Of a DNA stretch of 64,000 nucleotides, positions 9,464 through 19,289 are shown piece by piece. The number at the start of each line of letters is the position of its first letter. The first letter of the stretch is position 1. The notes beneath the pieces were generated by a model. It saw only the letters and a list, made by a program, of their open reading frames with translations. It had not been told where the DNA came from and did not search any database. Made by a program: the position numbers and the translations under genes. The stretch is taken from contig OY968769.1 of the NCBI GenBank assembly GCA_963695345.1, positions 1,856,001-1,920,000 of the forward strand, read 5' to 3'. The stretch comes from an uncultured Methanomassiliicoccales archaeon (GTDB lineage Archaea; Thermoplasmatota; Thermoplasmata; Methanomassiliicoccales; UBA472).

Positions 9464-10351
9464 ATGATACTGGTCATTGGCTCGACAGGACAGCTTGGGC
9501 GCATCGTGGTAAAGAACCTCCTCCGGAAGAAGAGGTCGGTTCGGATTCTGGTCCGTCCTGGATCTGACTATGAGCCGCTGGTCAAGGCGGGGGCAAAGGC
9601 GATGTACGGTGACATGAAGGCACCGATAACCTTCATCGATGCCCTTAGGGGGGTGGACACATTGATAACCACCGCCAACTCAACCCAGAGGGGCGGCGAT
9701 GACAGCGTGCAGAACGTCGACCTCATCGGAAACCGACACCTGGTCAACAGCGCCAAGACCGCGGGGATACGACATTTCATCTTCGTTTCCGCAGCGAATG
9801 CCGACGACAAGAGCCATTCCTCATACCTGCAGGCCAAGAAGAAGACCGAGAACCACCTCATACATAGCGGGATGAACTACACCATCGTGGCGCCTGAGCC
9901 GTTGATGGAACCATGGTTCAACGCTGTCTTGTCTCCCTGGCTGAGGACCGGCCGTCCGGTCAACCTCATCGGTGAAGGAAATCGTCGACACAGCTACATC
10001 TCGATCAACGACGTGGCCGCCTTCATCTCCTCCTCGGTGGGAAACCCCATGGCGAGAAACATGCACATGACACTGGGCGGACCAAGACCGATCAGTGGGA
10101 ACGACATCATCGGCACCTTCGAAACCATCATGGGCAAGAGGGTCCAGGTCACCCATTCTCCTTCCGGAACCGAGATACCGGGGATTTCCGAGGGCATGAT
10201 GCAGCTCTTGGCGGGAATGGATACGTATGATTCAGCGGTTGACTCAACCAGGCTCTCCAAGATGTTCGGGGTCAATCAGACACCGATCGAGGAAGCCGCC
10301 CGTTCCTATCTGTCCCAGCACAAACCTGTGCAACCGGTACGGATCAGCTGA
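9464..10351 (+). CDS. NmrA/atypical SDR NAD(P)-binding oxidoreductase
   Basis: MILVIGSTGQLG, YLQAKKKTE. Confidence 0.85.
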   Translation: MILVIGSTGQLGRIVVKNLLRKKRSVRILVRPGSDYEPLVKAGAKAMYGDMKAPITFIDALRGVDTLITTANSTQRGGDDSVQNVDLIGNRHLVNSAKTAGIRHFIFVSAANADDKSHSSYLQAKKKTENHLIHSGMNYTIVAPEPLMEPWFNAVLSPWLRTGRPVNLIGEGNRRHSYISINDVAAFISSSVGNPMARNMHMTLGGPRPISGNDIIGTFETIMGKRVQVTHSPSGTEIPGISEGMMQLLAGMDTYDSAVDSTRLSKMFGVNQTPIEEAARSYLSQHKPVQPVRIS

Positions 10352-10621
10352 CATCATATCGATATGGAACCGGAGTGGGAGGGAAGGCACCAAAGAGTTT
10401 TCATAGGCCGGGCTCCGAACAGATATCAAAGTGTTCCCGATGTTCGTTCCCAACGCCGAATTGGATGAGAAGACCCGGTTCAAGATGGAGTGCAAGCGGT
10501 GCGGCCATTCCTGGTTCAGGAAGGAAGGTTATGGCCCCCAGGTCTGTCCAGAATGCAACGCCCCCTGCGAGGACAAGACCCACTGCAATGTCAACCGCAA
10601 GAACTGACCGTTCTGATCGGA

Positions 10622-11575
10622 TCATCTGGTTATCGCGGTGCCGGCATTCCCTGCCAAGGTTTCTAAGGCCTTCTCCATCGAAGTGATCAAAGCTCTTTTG
10701 CCTCCATTGGACACGAATTCTATCGCCGATTCTACCTTCGGTCCCATGGTCCCTTCCTTGAAATGGCCCTCCCTCAGCCATTTTTCGGCCTCCGACACGG
10801 TCATGTTGGGGATGGTCCTCTGATCCGGAGTTCCATAGTCCAGGGATACCGCGTCGACATCGGTGAGGATCAGCATAGAACAGGCCCCGATCAGACTGGC
10901 CAGCATAGAGGCTGAATGATCTTTGTCCACCACTGCCTCCACTCCGACTATGTCCCCGTGCCGCTCCATTACCGGGATTCCTCCTCCGCCGCAGGCGATA
11001 ACCAAATAGCCTTTCTCGAACAGGTCCTTGACCGATCGCCCTTCCAGTATGGAAATCGGCTTCGGGGAGGGGACAACTCTCCTGAAACCGCGGCCAGCCG
11101 TCTCCGAAATTGTCCATCCCTTGTTCTTCTTGAAATCCTTTGCCTCCAAGGCCGTATAGAAGGGGCCGATGGGCTTGGATGGTCGGCCGAATGCCGGGTC
11201 GTCTGGGGAGACTAGCGTCTGGGTGAGTATGGTCATGACTGGCCTCTCCGCCCCTATCATTCTCAGCTCGTTCATCAAGCTCTGTTGGAGCATATACCCG
11301 ATCATTCCCTGGCTCTCCGCACCGCAGAAATCCAGCGGCATCGGCGGAAGCACGTCCTTGGCCATTTCATTGCGCAGAAGTATGTCCCCGACCTGTGGTC
11401 CGTTCCCATGCGTGATGGCGATGTGATATCCCTTTTCGATAAGCCGGACAAGCATTCGGCAGGTTTTCCGGACGTTCCTCAGCTGCTCCTCCGCGGTCCC
11501 TTCATCCTTGTATCTCAGGATAGCATTGCCGCCCAGCGCCACCAGGACGGTCATTTCACAATCATAGCTCATCAT
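10622..11575 (-). CDS. arcC: Carbamate kinase
   Basis: VALGGNAIL, THGNGPQVG, KPIGPFY, GGGGIPV, DKD, GTMGPK. Confidence 0.95.
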   Translation of the reverse strand: MMSYDCEMTVLVALGGNAILRYKDEGTAEEQLRNVRKTCRMLVRLIEKGYHIAITHGNGPQVGDILLRNEMAKDVLPPMPLDFCGAESQGMIGYMLQQSLMNELRMIGAERPVMTILTQTLVSPDDPAFGRPSKPIGPFYTALEAKDFKKNKGWTISETAGRGFRRVVPSPKPISILEGRSVKDLFEKGYLVIACGGGGIPVMERHGDIVGVEAVVDKDHSASMLASLIGACSMLILTDVDAVSLDYGTPDQRTIPNMTVSEAEKWLREGHFKEGTMGPKVESAIEFVSNGGKRALITSMEKALETLAGNAGTAITR

Positions 11576-11848
11576 CCTATCTTGTGAGTAGCCGTTTAAT
11601 TCATTTTCGCTACCAGGCTGATGATATCAGGACCCAGTCGGATCTGTCCTTTCAAGAATGGGTGATCCGGGGCGGATCCCATGACAATCGACCATAAAAT
11701 CAGGTCGATGTCAAATCATCGGCCATGAAAGATGGAGAGGATGCGACGATGAACGAGACGGCATCGACGTCGGTCAAAGACTCCAGCCCTGTCAATGGAG
11801 AACATGTTCCTCCATCCCGTTCGCCAGGGATCGGAGGCTGATTGACCG

Positions 11849-12550
11849 TCAGAACAGGCCGCTGTTCCTGTTCTCCTCCCTCTCCACCATTCCCATCAGC
11901 AGCATGGCGGTCAGGAGAGTCCTCCGGTCGAACTGAGGGGGCAGGTATTGACAATCGACCTCCCATGTATCCCCTATGACCTTGAACTGCTGCTGGATGT
12001 ATGCTACCAGCCGGCCATAGTACTCCACTTTGACCTGTTCCGTGACCAGTCCTCCCCCGGGGAGATATTTGCGCATCAGGCCGCGGCTCGACGGCTCTAC
12101 CACACGTCCGATCTGCTGGTTGTTCGGGTCAAGCAGGGCATACTCGTCCTGGGCATAGTTGGAAAGGTAGCTCCTCCTCATCTTTCCCACACAGACATTG
12201 CTTCTCGAATCGATGACCGCCCATGTTCCCCAATCATCCACTATGTTCTCCTGCTGGATGCGGAAAATCTCATTGGTCATGTTCTCGTCTGAATATACCC
12301 GGATATCATCCTTGACCCGCATCAGCTTCTGCTTGGAGAATCCCAGCACGATCCCCTGGCGGTCCTCGATATAGTACCGGTTGCCGATGGTGAGGACCTT
12401 CTTGCGTATGCGGTAGAAGTTCTGGAACCAGAGGCCGGATTGGGCTGGAGGGGCTTGGATATTTTGAACGGTTGCGTCCAATCTCGTTCCGCAATTGCCA
12501 CAGAACATACTTCCCACAGGCATCTCCGAACCGCAACGTGAGCATCTCAT
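11849..12550 (-). CDS. Zinc-ribbon plus LURP-one/scramblase-like protein
   Basis: CSRCG...FCGNCG; YRIRKKVLTIGNRYYIED, KDDIRVY. Confidence 0.7.
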   Translation of the reverse strand: MRCSRCGSEMPVGSMFCGNCGTRLDATVQNIQAPPAQSGLWFQNFYRIRKKVLTIGNRYYIEDRQGIVLGFSKQKLMRVKDDIRVYSDENMTNEIFRIQQENIVDDWGTWAVIDSRSNVCVGKMRRSYLSNYAQDEYALLDPNNQQIGRVVEPSSRGLMRKYLPGGGLVTEQVKVEYYGRLVAYIQQQFKVIGDTWEVDCQYLPPQFDRRTLLTAMLLMGMVEREENRNSGLF

Positions 12551-12736
12551 CCCTACACCAATGGATATCTAAAACCGCTGCCCAGATTAAATGATTAGTA
12601 TGCTCCCGTCGATTCTTCCTTAAGATTCGATGGGCGAGTCGTATACAGCCGGCTTCCCTCGAGGGCGATTTTCCCATGCCTGTCAACAGAAACGATCATG
12701 GTTGGATTATTAATACCACAGGGCTTACCCCGGTCA

Positions 12737-13363
12737 ATGGATGCTTACCCCCTGTTCATCACCGCCTTCGGGCTTGGCCTGATAATGGCCTTTGTTCCAG
12801 GGGCGGTCTTCTGTGAGGCCTTGCCGCTAGGTCTCAGAAAAGGGTTCCGTCCAGTGCTCTCCCTGGAGCTTGGGGCATCCGCCGGTGACGCCGTCTGGGC
12901 GATCATTGCCCTCGTCGGTCTGGCCTTTCTGGTCCAGGACCCGCTGACCAAGCTCGGCCTGGGAGTGGTGGGGAGCGCTTTCCTTTTCTATTTGGCATAC
13001 AAGATGCTGATTGAGCATCGGAAATGCAACCCGGAGAAGGACACGGGTCGAAGCACGAAGAACGCTTTCATAACCGGGGCCATAATATCATTCGCCAGTC
13101 CTTTCCAGATAGCTTTCTGGTTGGGAATCGGGGCGTCCACCATCCTCGTCCTGGTAACGGAACCTCAGACAATGCACTATGTAATATTCTTCACGGCATA
13201 TATGATAGGGTCATGCCTGGGAGGGACGGTGACCGCGGCCATGGTGGCATACGGACGCAGGTTCATCAAGGAACGACTATTTCAGGTCATCAACTACATC
13301 TGCGCCGTGTTCATGATCTATCTGGCCGCGAGCCTGCTCTGGAATACTATCCAGGGCTTCTAG
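12737..13363 (+). CDS. LysE family translocator
   Basis: PGAVF, GDAVW, hydrophobic helices. Confidence 0.85.
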   Translation: MDAYPLFITAFGLGLIMAFVPGAVFCEALPLGLRKGFRPVLSLELGASAGDAVWAIIALVGLAFLVQDPLTKLGLGVVGSAFLFYLAYKMLIEHRKCNPEKDTGRSTKNAFITGAIISFASPFQIAFWLGIGASTILVLVTEPQTMHYVIFFTAYMIGSCLGGTVTAAMVAYGRRFIKERLFQVINYICAVFMIYLAASLLWNTIQGF

Positions 13364-13374
13364 GATTGATCGAT

Positions 13375-14541
13375 TCAAATTTCCTTGGCACGTGGGATAT
13401 AGACACTGAAGGCAGATCCTTCCCCTAGAACGCTCTCCACCTCTACCCAGCCGTCATGTTCTTTGACAATACCGTACACCGAGGCAAGTCCGAGCCCTGT
13501 CCCCTTCTCCTGCGATTTCGTGGTATAGAACGGCTCAAAAAGATGTTCCAGCGTCTCTATGGTCATACCGATTCCGGTATCCGCCACACGCATGCAGATA
13601 CAGTCACCAAGTACGGCGCTTTGTCCGGTCCCTGGATTTACCTTGGTAGCGGTGACATTTCTAAAGGTGATGCTCAATTTTCCACCGCTGGGCATGGCGT
13701 CTCTTGCATTGGCCACCAGGTTGACGAAGACCTGTTCCAGCAATGTTGGGTCTCCCATAACATCCCAGAGGTCGCTCTGGGAATCCAGGTCGATCTCCAC
13801 CCCCGCCGGAATGATCTTGCTTATCAGTCTCATCATTTCCCCCGATAGGTCGCCATAGTTCAATCGGATACGCTGTATGGGTTGCTTTCTGCTGAAAAGC
13901 ATGAGTTTCTTGACCATGTCTGCTTCCCGCGAAGCCGCCTGGAAAATCTGGTCGGCGTAGTGGTATGCTTTGGTTTCAGTTCCCGACACGGTCTTGATGA
14001 GGTCTGCGTTACCCTGAACTACAATTATCAGGTTTTTCAGGTCATGCGCTATTCCCGCAGCCAGACTTCCTATCGCTTCCATCTTCTGGGCTTGATAGAA
14101 CTGTGCCCTCAACCGCTGATTCTTTTCCTGCTCTTCCTTGAGGTCGGTGATGTCGATGCAGGAACCTATGAAACCAGTGAATTCGCCGGAGGGATCATGC
14201 ATCGGCCTTCCGGTGTCCAATATCCAGCGATAATTTCCATCATGACGTCGTAGCCGATACTCCATACGGAAATCGGTTCGAGCCTTGAAAGATGCCAGAT
14301 AAATATCCAGGCACTTCTGGAAATCATCCTTGTGCACTCCCTCGGCCCAACCGTTGCCCATCTCCTGTTCCATGGTCCTTCCAGTGAAGTCCATCCATGG
14401 TTGGTTGAAGAAATTGCAGAGAGCGTCCTTACCGGACATCCAAATCATAACAGGGGCTACATCAGCCATTGTTCGGAATCTGGAATCATATTGAGATGTC
14501 TTTACCGGTTCTGCCGTTTCAACCATTTTTTTCCTCTTCAC
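13375..14541 (-). CDS. PAS-domain sensor histidine kinase
   Basis: PAS/PAC domain; AGIAHDLKN H-box; NARDA, DTGIG, PFYTTK, GTGLGL. Confidence 0.92.
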   Translation of the reverse strand: MKRKKMVETAEPVKTSQYDSRFRTMADVAPVMIWMSGKDALCNFFNQPWMDFTGRTMEQEMGNGWAEGVHKDDFQKCLDIYLASFKARTDFRMEYRLRRHDGNYRWILDTGRPMHDPSGEFTGFIGSCIDITDLKEEQEKNQRLRAQFYQAQKMEAIGSLAAGIAHDLKNLIIVVQGNADLIKTVSGTETKAYHYADQIFQAASREADMVKKLMLFSRKQPIQRIRLNYGDLSGEMMRLISKIIPAGVEIDLDSQSDLWDVMGDPTLLEQVFVNLVANARDAMPSGGKLSITFRNVTATKVNPGTGQSAVLGDCICMRVADTGIGMTIETLEHLFEPFYTTKSQEKGTGLGLASVYGIVKEHDGWVEVESVLGEGSAFSVYIPRAKEI

Positions 14542-14942
14542 TCTTGGTATGTCATTTTTAAATTCATTTACGGTTTTGCTACATTCTTTTTTGAATGTAT
14601 CCGGTCGAGTTAACGCTATGTAGCATTCGATTATTTTAACCCGTTATTAAGATTACGGAAACAAGTTCTGTCGAAGTCTCCGGTTGATGAAATCGGCGAT
14701 CCATAGTTCGATGAAAACATATCGTCTGACCATTGACTACTTGTGTCTGGATGCCAACCATTCGTTTGTAAATAGGTCCATTGAAATGTCCGACCCTTAT
14801 CCCATCCTAGGACGAGTTACTTAATGGGTCTTGACTCCATTTTTTACGATACGAAATGCCAGGAAAATCATCTACTCGCAAAAGGCCTCACCTGCTCAGG
14901 TGTCCGAGGCCCAAGACATGCATGATTGCGGATCGTCCTCTC

Positions 14943-15848
14943 TCATTGTTTTGAAGATGCGAACAGAGATTTGGACAGAAAGATCAACCATACGATGTCT
15001 ACCAAAGTACAAACAGTGGCAGGAACGGCGGCGGCGGGCCCAACAAGGGCGATTGCCAGCGTGGCCGCCATCCCGGTGTTCTTGTACGATGCGAACAGCA
15101 CCTCCGGCACTCTTCTGGACCTTGGAACCTCCCTCCTCTCCAGAAACCAGTTCCACAGCATTCCAACGCCGAAAATTCGGACAAAGGCAATCGCCACCAG
15201 CCCTAACAATACCATCTGATCGCCAAAGAAGACCTGTCGGTTCGGTCCCGCTATGGCGACGATCAGCACAAAGAACGCCACATTGATGGCCGCGGCCTTC
15301 TGCGGCGGCCTGATATCGACCTGTCTCAAGAACCGGGAGGCGGCCATGGGCAGCAGGATAAGATATGCCACGTAACCCAGCAGGGTCATCACATCGACCG
15401 CGTTTCCGAGGAACACCAGGGTGATGAACGGGGTCACCGCAAGCGCCACAATGTAGAGGGATGTCGATGAGACCAGGGTGGATTCCAGATCCCCTTTCAG
15501 GATGTAAGTGAAAGGGACGATGGACACTGCTGAAGGCACTGCCGCCATGATTATCCAACCGTCCCTGAGCTCTCCCTGGAAGAGGTAGCTCATGGCGATC
15601 GTGGTCCCACTGGATAGCAGGAACGAGAGCAGGAATGCATTCCTGATCGGAACCGAGTGGTCCTTCAACTTCAGCCCTCTCAGCCTGAGCGCGGTCAGGG
15701 ACAGCGACATCATCGCGATCAAAGACAGCATGGCGATGTTACTGTTGGTAAGGGCGATCCCGCCTGGAAACCCGCCGGTGATCATGGCCACGACGAACGC
15801 CATCACCATCATGACCGGGTTGTTGGTGAGGATCTTCCTCAATTGCAC
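14943..15848 (-). CDS. Bile acid:sodium symporter-like membrane transporter
   Basis: About 9-10 TM segments; AAVPSAVS, YKNTGMA. Confidence 0.7.
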   Translation of the reverse strand: MQLRKILTNNPVMMVMAFVVAMITGGFPGGIALTNSNIAMLSLIAMMSLSLTALRLRGLKLKDHSVPIRNAFLLSFLLSSGTTIAMSYLFQGELRDGWIIMAAVPSAVSIVPFTYILKGDLESTLVSSTSLYIVALAVTPFITLVFLGNAVDVMTLLGYVAYLILLPMAASRFLRQVDIRPPQKAAAINVAFFVLIVAIAGPNRQVFFGDQMVLLGLVAIAFVRIFGVGMLWNWFLERREVPRSRRVPEVLFASYKNTGMAATLAIALVGPAAAVPATVCTLVDIVWLIFLSKSLFASSKQ

Positions 15849-15931
15849 ACCCGGTAAGAAGCGGATGTCCGATTAATTGGTTTCGCGGACCATCGGGTAT
15901 ACTCAGTAAGGTTCTGGACGGTTCCCACCGG

Positions 15932-16468
15932 TCATTTCCTCTGCTGCCGGTCAAAGAAGATGTTCTTGCCGGTTGCCGACAGCGGTATCCCGTGGACTAT
16001 CTGGGCCTTGGACAGACCAAGCCGTCTCGCCGCCACGCCGACCCGGTACATGATTCGGTTGTCCACATTGAGCTCAGAGGCCATCTTGACCGCCGATCCC
16101 ATGGCTATGCCCAGGTCGAGCAGTCTTATGGCGCAGTTGCCTCCAATGAAATCGACGTTGCACGGATGGCTTTCCATCTCCCCGCAGGTGGGGAAGCCAC
16201 AGGCCCCGCAGTTCAGTCCTGCACCCTTGTGCGGAAGCAGGCCGATAAGGATCAGCCCGTCCGAGTCCAGTACATTCTGTCCGTCTCGGTCGAAGCCGGG
16301 GCGGGCCGGTTCGGCGGACATCTTCATCATCTCGTTCCCGACCGCCTTCCTTTCCTCTTCGCTTAGCACCTTGATCTCGATGAAATCCTTACCAACGCCT
16401 TTGGGAGCGGTCCGGGCCGCGACCTCCATGAGGTCAGCCACCATCCCTACGGTGTCCTTGATCGCCAT
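15932..16468 (-). CDS. DUF2148 ferredoxin-domain protein
   Basis: ARTAPKG, CGACGFPTC, DLGIAMGSA, VDNRIMY. Confidence 0.85.
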   Translation of the reverse strand: MAIKDTVGMVADLMEVAARTAPKGVGKDFIEIKVLSEEERKAVGNEMMKMSAEPARPGFDRDGQNVLDSDGLILIGLLPHKGAGLNCGACGFPTCGEMESHPCNVDFIGGNCAIRLLDLGIAMGSAVKMASELNVDNRIMYRVGVAARRLGLSKAQIVHGIPLSATGKNIFFDRQQRK

Positions 16469-16593
16469 GAAGGAACATGCTGGTTCGTTCTATTATTTGC
16501 TTGTCTTCAAGTCTTAAGGTAGTGATGCCAGTGCAGGCGGTTGTAGAACGGTTTAACTATCCACAATGCACCTACCTTCTCCGGTGTAAGTCA

Positions 16594-17163
16594 ATGAAGG
16601 TAGTGATCTTCAATGGAAGCCCCAGGAAGGATGGCAATACGGCCGCAATCCTGAAGGAAGTTGAGAAGGCCTGTTCTGAAAAGGGCGCCGAGGTCGACTA
16701 TTTCGACCTTTACCACATGGATTTCAAAGACTGCTCGGCCTGCATGGGCTGCAAAAAGGGGGAGCGGTGCGTTCAGAACGATGAGCTATCTCCCGCCCTT
16801 GACAAGATCAGGGAGGCAAACGCGATCGTGATCGGTTCACCGATATACATATCAGCGGAAACGGCGACGACGAAAGCACTGGTGGATCGGTTCTATTCAT
16901 TCCTGGCGATGGGCGGGGTACAAGGGCAATACACGAACCGCCTGCCGAAGGGGAAGAAGGGGGCGGTCATTTTCACATGCGGCAACCCTCAGGGGGTAGA
17001 GTTGTTCTCGCCGGTGAGCGCCCGCTACCAGAACCTGCTCCAGAGGTACGAGATGGACGGAATGGTCATCGTGGTGCCATCGGTCAGTCCGAACATGAAG
17101 GTTATGGAAACCCCGCGGGGCCAGAAGGCCCTAGCGGACATAATCGAGAAGATATCCGGTTGA
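16594..17163 (+). CDS. Iron-sulfur flavoprotein / NADPH-dependent FMN reductase family
   Basis: NGSPRKDGNT, CSACMGCKKGERC, GSPIY. Confidence 0.88.
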   Translation: MKVVIFNGSPRKDGNTAAILKEVEKACSEKGAEVDYFDLYHMDFKDCSACMGCKKGERCVQNDELSPALDKIREANAIVIGSPIYISAETATTKALVDRFYSFLAMGGVQGQYTNRLPKGKKGAVIFTCGNPQGVELFSPVSARYQNLLQRYEMDGMVIVVPSVSPNMKVMETPRGQKALADIIEKISG

Positions 17164-17262
17164 TCCGCACTCTCCGGCTTCGTGAACGATCGGGCAGTTA
17201 AGATACGGCCGGTCGTCACCATACCGGCCCCAGTCATCTTTAAGAGCACGTGTGCCAATCTG

Positions 17263-17652
17263 ATGTCCAGGGGAATCGAAAACTTGAACCGCTTAGCACA
17301 AGGCCTAGTCCTCTTCGTCGCGATGTTCCTGATATTGCTGGGAGCGATATTCCTCATCGCCGCCCGGGTCGAGGACCTGATAACCGGTGCGGTATTCGTT
17401 CTGATCGCCGTGCTGCTCCTTCTGTTCGTCTATCGCAGCCAGAAGATAGAGGCGGCGAAACCCACCCTGGTCACCCAGAACTTCAATGTGAAGATGGAGG
17501 GTTCGGGCCAGATGGAGCAGAAGGAACTCCGGTGCAAGACCTGCGGCGCGCCTCTTTCCGAAAAGAACCTTAAGGTGGTGGAAGGGGGAGTGGTCATGGT
17601 GTGTCCCTATTGCAACACCGTCACATCCCTTCAGGAATCTCCAAAATGGTGA
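17263..17652 (+). CDS. Two-TM membrane protein with C-terminal zinc ribbon
   Basis: Two hydrophobic helices, then CKTCGAPL...CPYCNT...ESPKW. Confidence 0.8.
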   Translation: MSRGIENLNRLAQGLVLFVAMFLILLGAIFLIAARVEDLITGAVFVLIAVLLLLFVYRSQKIEAAKPTLVTQNFNVKMEGSGQMEQKELRCKTCGAPLSEKNLKVVEGGVVMVCPYCNTVTSLQESPKW

Positions 17653-17657
17653 TCAAA

Positions 17658-19289
17658 ATGGAACGACCGCGGATGCTCAGAACGACCCGGAAACTGATAA
17701 TGGTGACCATCTCCGCCCTCATCGTCATATCGGGCTTCGGGATCATGGGGTGCCCGCCGATAGGAAAGGTGGTGGCCGACCCATCCTTCGGACTTGCCGC
17801 GGAGGACGTCAATGTGACCGTGATGCGCGACGGCAGCGTCAACATCGACTATCATTTCCGATTCATTAGCGCCAGTTCCCTTGATGGTGTGGACATTGGC
17901 CTCCCGAACTCATACTACAACAGCGGTTCAGCATACGCGTGGGTCATCGTCCAAGGCATGAACTACACGCCGTCCCAGGTGCATGTCTCGCCATACGTAA
18001 GCCCGGGAATGGCGGTCGAGTTCGGGAGCACGCTCCAGAACATCATCCAAAGTTCCAGTTTCTTCGATCTGTACTTTCACGTGAACAACCCGCATATGGT
18101 ATACCTGAACGATCTGGTGCCGGGCTCTGTCGGTGTCAGTTTCAGGCCTACATGGTTCGATCCATCGTTCCAGAACGGACCTGCCGGCGTATTGAACGAG
18201 CGTCTGATATTCCCCATCGGTTTCGACAATGCGTCCCAGGCCTATTGGCTGAAATCGAATCCATGGGACTCCCTGACCTTCGACAACGCCACTGGCCGGA
18301 CCATAGCCACCTGGTCCCGGACGAACGCTTATCCTGATGCGGTGGCGGCTGGCACATACGATTTCGGAGGCGGGTTCCCCACGGAATACGTGGAGCAGTA
18401 TTTCCTTCCCGGAGGCTCGTCACCGGACATCATAGGCGATTTCTTTGTCCTCATCGCAACGCTGGCCCCGGTGTTGGTGTTCGCCTTCATCTTCGCATTC
18501 GTCATAATCGTGAACGTCTCGGCGTCCAGGCGGAGGAACGGCGACTACTATGAACCGAAGATGAACGTGGTCGGGGCCGGCCCCCGCCGGGATCTGACCG
18601 CGGTGGAGGCGGCGGTGATCATGGAACGCCCGATCGAGAACGTGGCCACAATGATACTCTTCGGGCTCATGAAGAAGGGGAAGGTGAGGATCGGGTCCGA
18701 GGAAGCCCCCATGAAGCTGATCAAGCTGGCCGAGACATCCGACTATCCCTATGAGAATGACTACCTGAAGTCGATACTGCCCGACCAGTCAGTTGGCAGG
18801 GCAGCCCTGAAGAACACCCTGGTGCGCCTCATCGAATCGACCCGGGACAAGATGAAGGGATTCGATCTCGAGGTCACAAAGCGTTACTACGAATCCATCG
18901 CGGAAAAGGCCTGGCAGCAGGTAAGGGAGGCCGGAACGCCGGAGGACATCGGCCGGATGCTCAATGAGAAGAACGAATGGATGATGCTCGACCGGGACTA
19001 TCCCGGCAGGATGAACAGCCAGATACTTGTGCTTCCCATCCTGTTAGGCAACCGCAACATACCAGGGAACGCCGGACCTAACATCGCCCAGGCCGCTTCG
19101 AACTATGTTTCGCAAGTAAGATCGGCGGCCAGCAACCTGGTGAGCGACATGCGCGGAATATCGCGCGATGTAGTGGCGGTGACCAATCCCGTGCCGATCG
19201 CCGCCGCCAGCGGCAGCGGGATGTCCAGCGGAAGCCATTGTGCCTGCGCGTGCGCTTGTGCCTGCGCCTGTGCCGGAGGTGGACGATGA
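17658..19289 (+). CDS. Single-pass membrane protein (DUF2207-like) with C-terminal (Cys-Ala)6-GGGR motif; candidate rSAM substrate
   Basis: N-terminal signal, VNVTVMRDGSVNIDY, TM followed by RRR, DLTAVEAAVI, tail SSGSHCACACACACACAGGGR; GGTGA SD-like motif before ATG 17658. Confidence 0.8.
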   Translation: MERPRMLRTTRKLIMVTISALIVISGFGIMGCPPIGKVVADPSFGLAAEDVNVTVMRDGSVNIDYHFRFISASSLDGVDIGLPNSYYNSGSAYAWVIVQGMNYTPSQVHVSPYVSPGMAVEFGSTLQNIIQSSSFFDLYFHVNNPHMVYLNDLVPGSVGVSFRPTWFDPSFQNGPAGVLNERLIFPIGFDNASQAYWLKSNPWDSLTFDNATGRTIATWSRTNAYPDAVAAGTYDFGGGFPTEYVEQYFLPGGSSPDIIGDFFVLIATLAPVLVFAFIFAFVIIVNVSASRRRNGDYYEPKMNVVGAGPRRDLTAVEAAVIMERPIENVATMILFGLMKKGKVRIGSEEAPMKLIKLAETSDYPYENDYLKSILPDQSVGRAALKNTLVRLIESTRDKMKGFDLEVTKRYYESIAEKAWQQVREAGTPEDIGRMLNEKNEWMMLDRDYPGRMNSQILVLPILLGNRNIPGNAGPNIAQAASNYVSQVRSAASNLVSDMRGISRDVVAVTNPVPIAAASGSGMSSGSHCACACACACACAGGGR

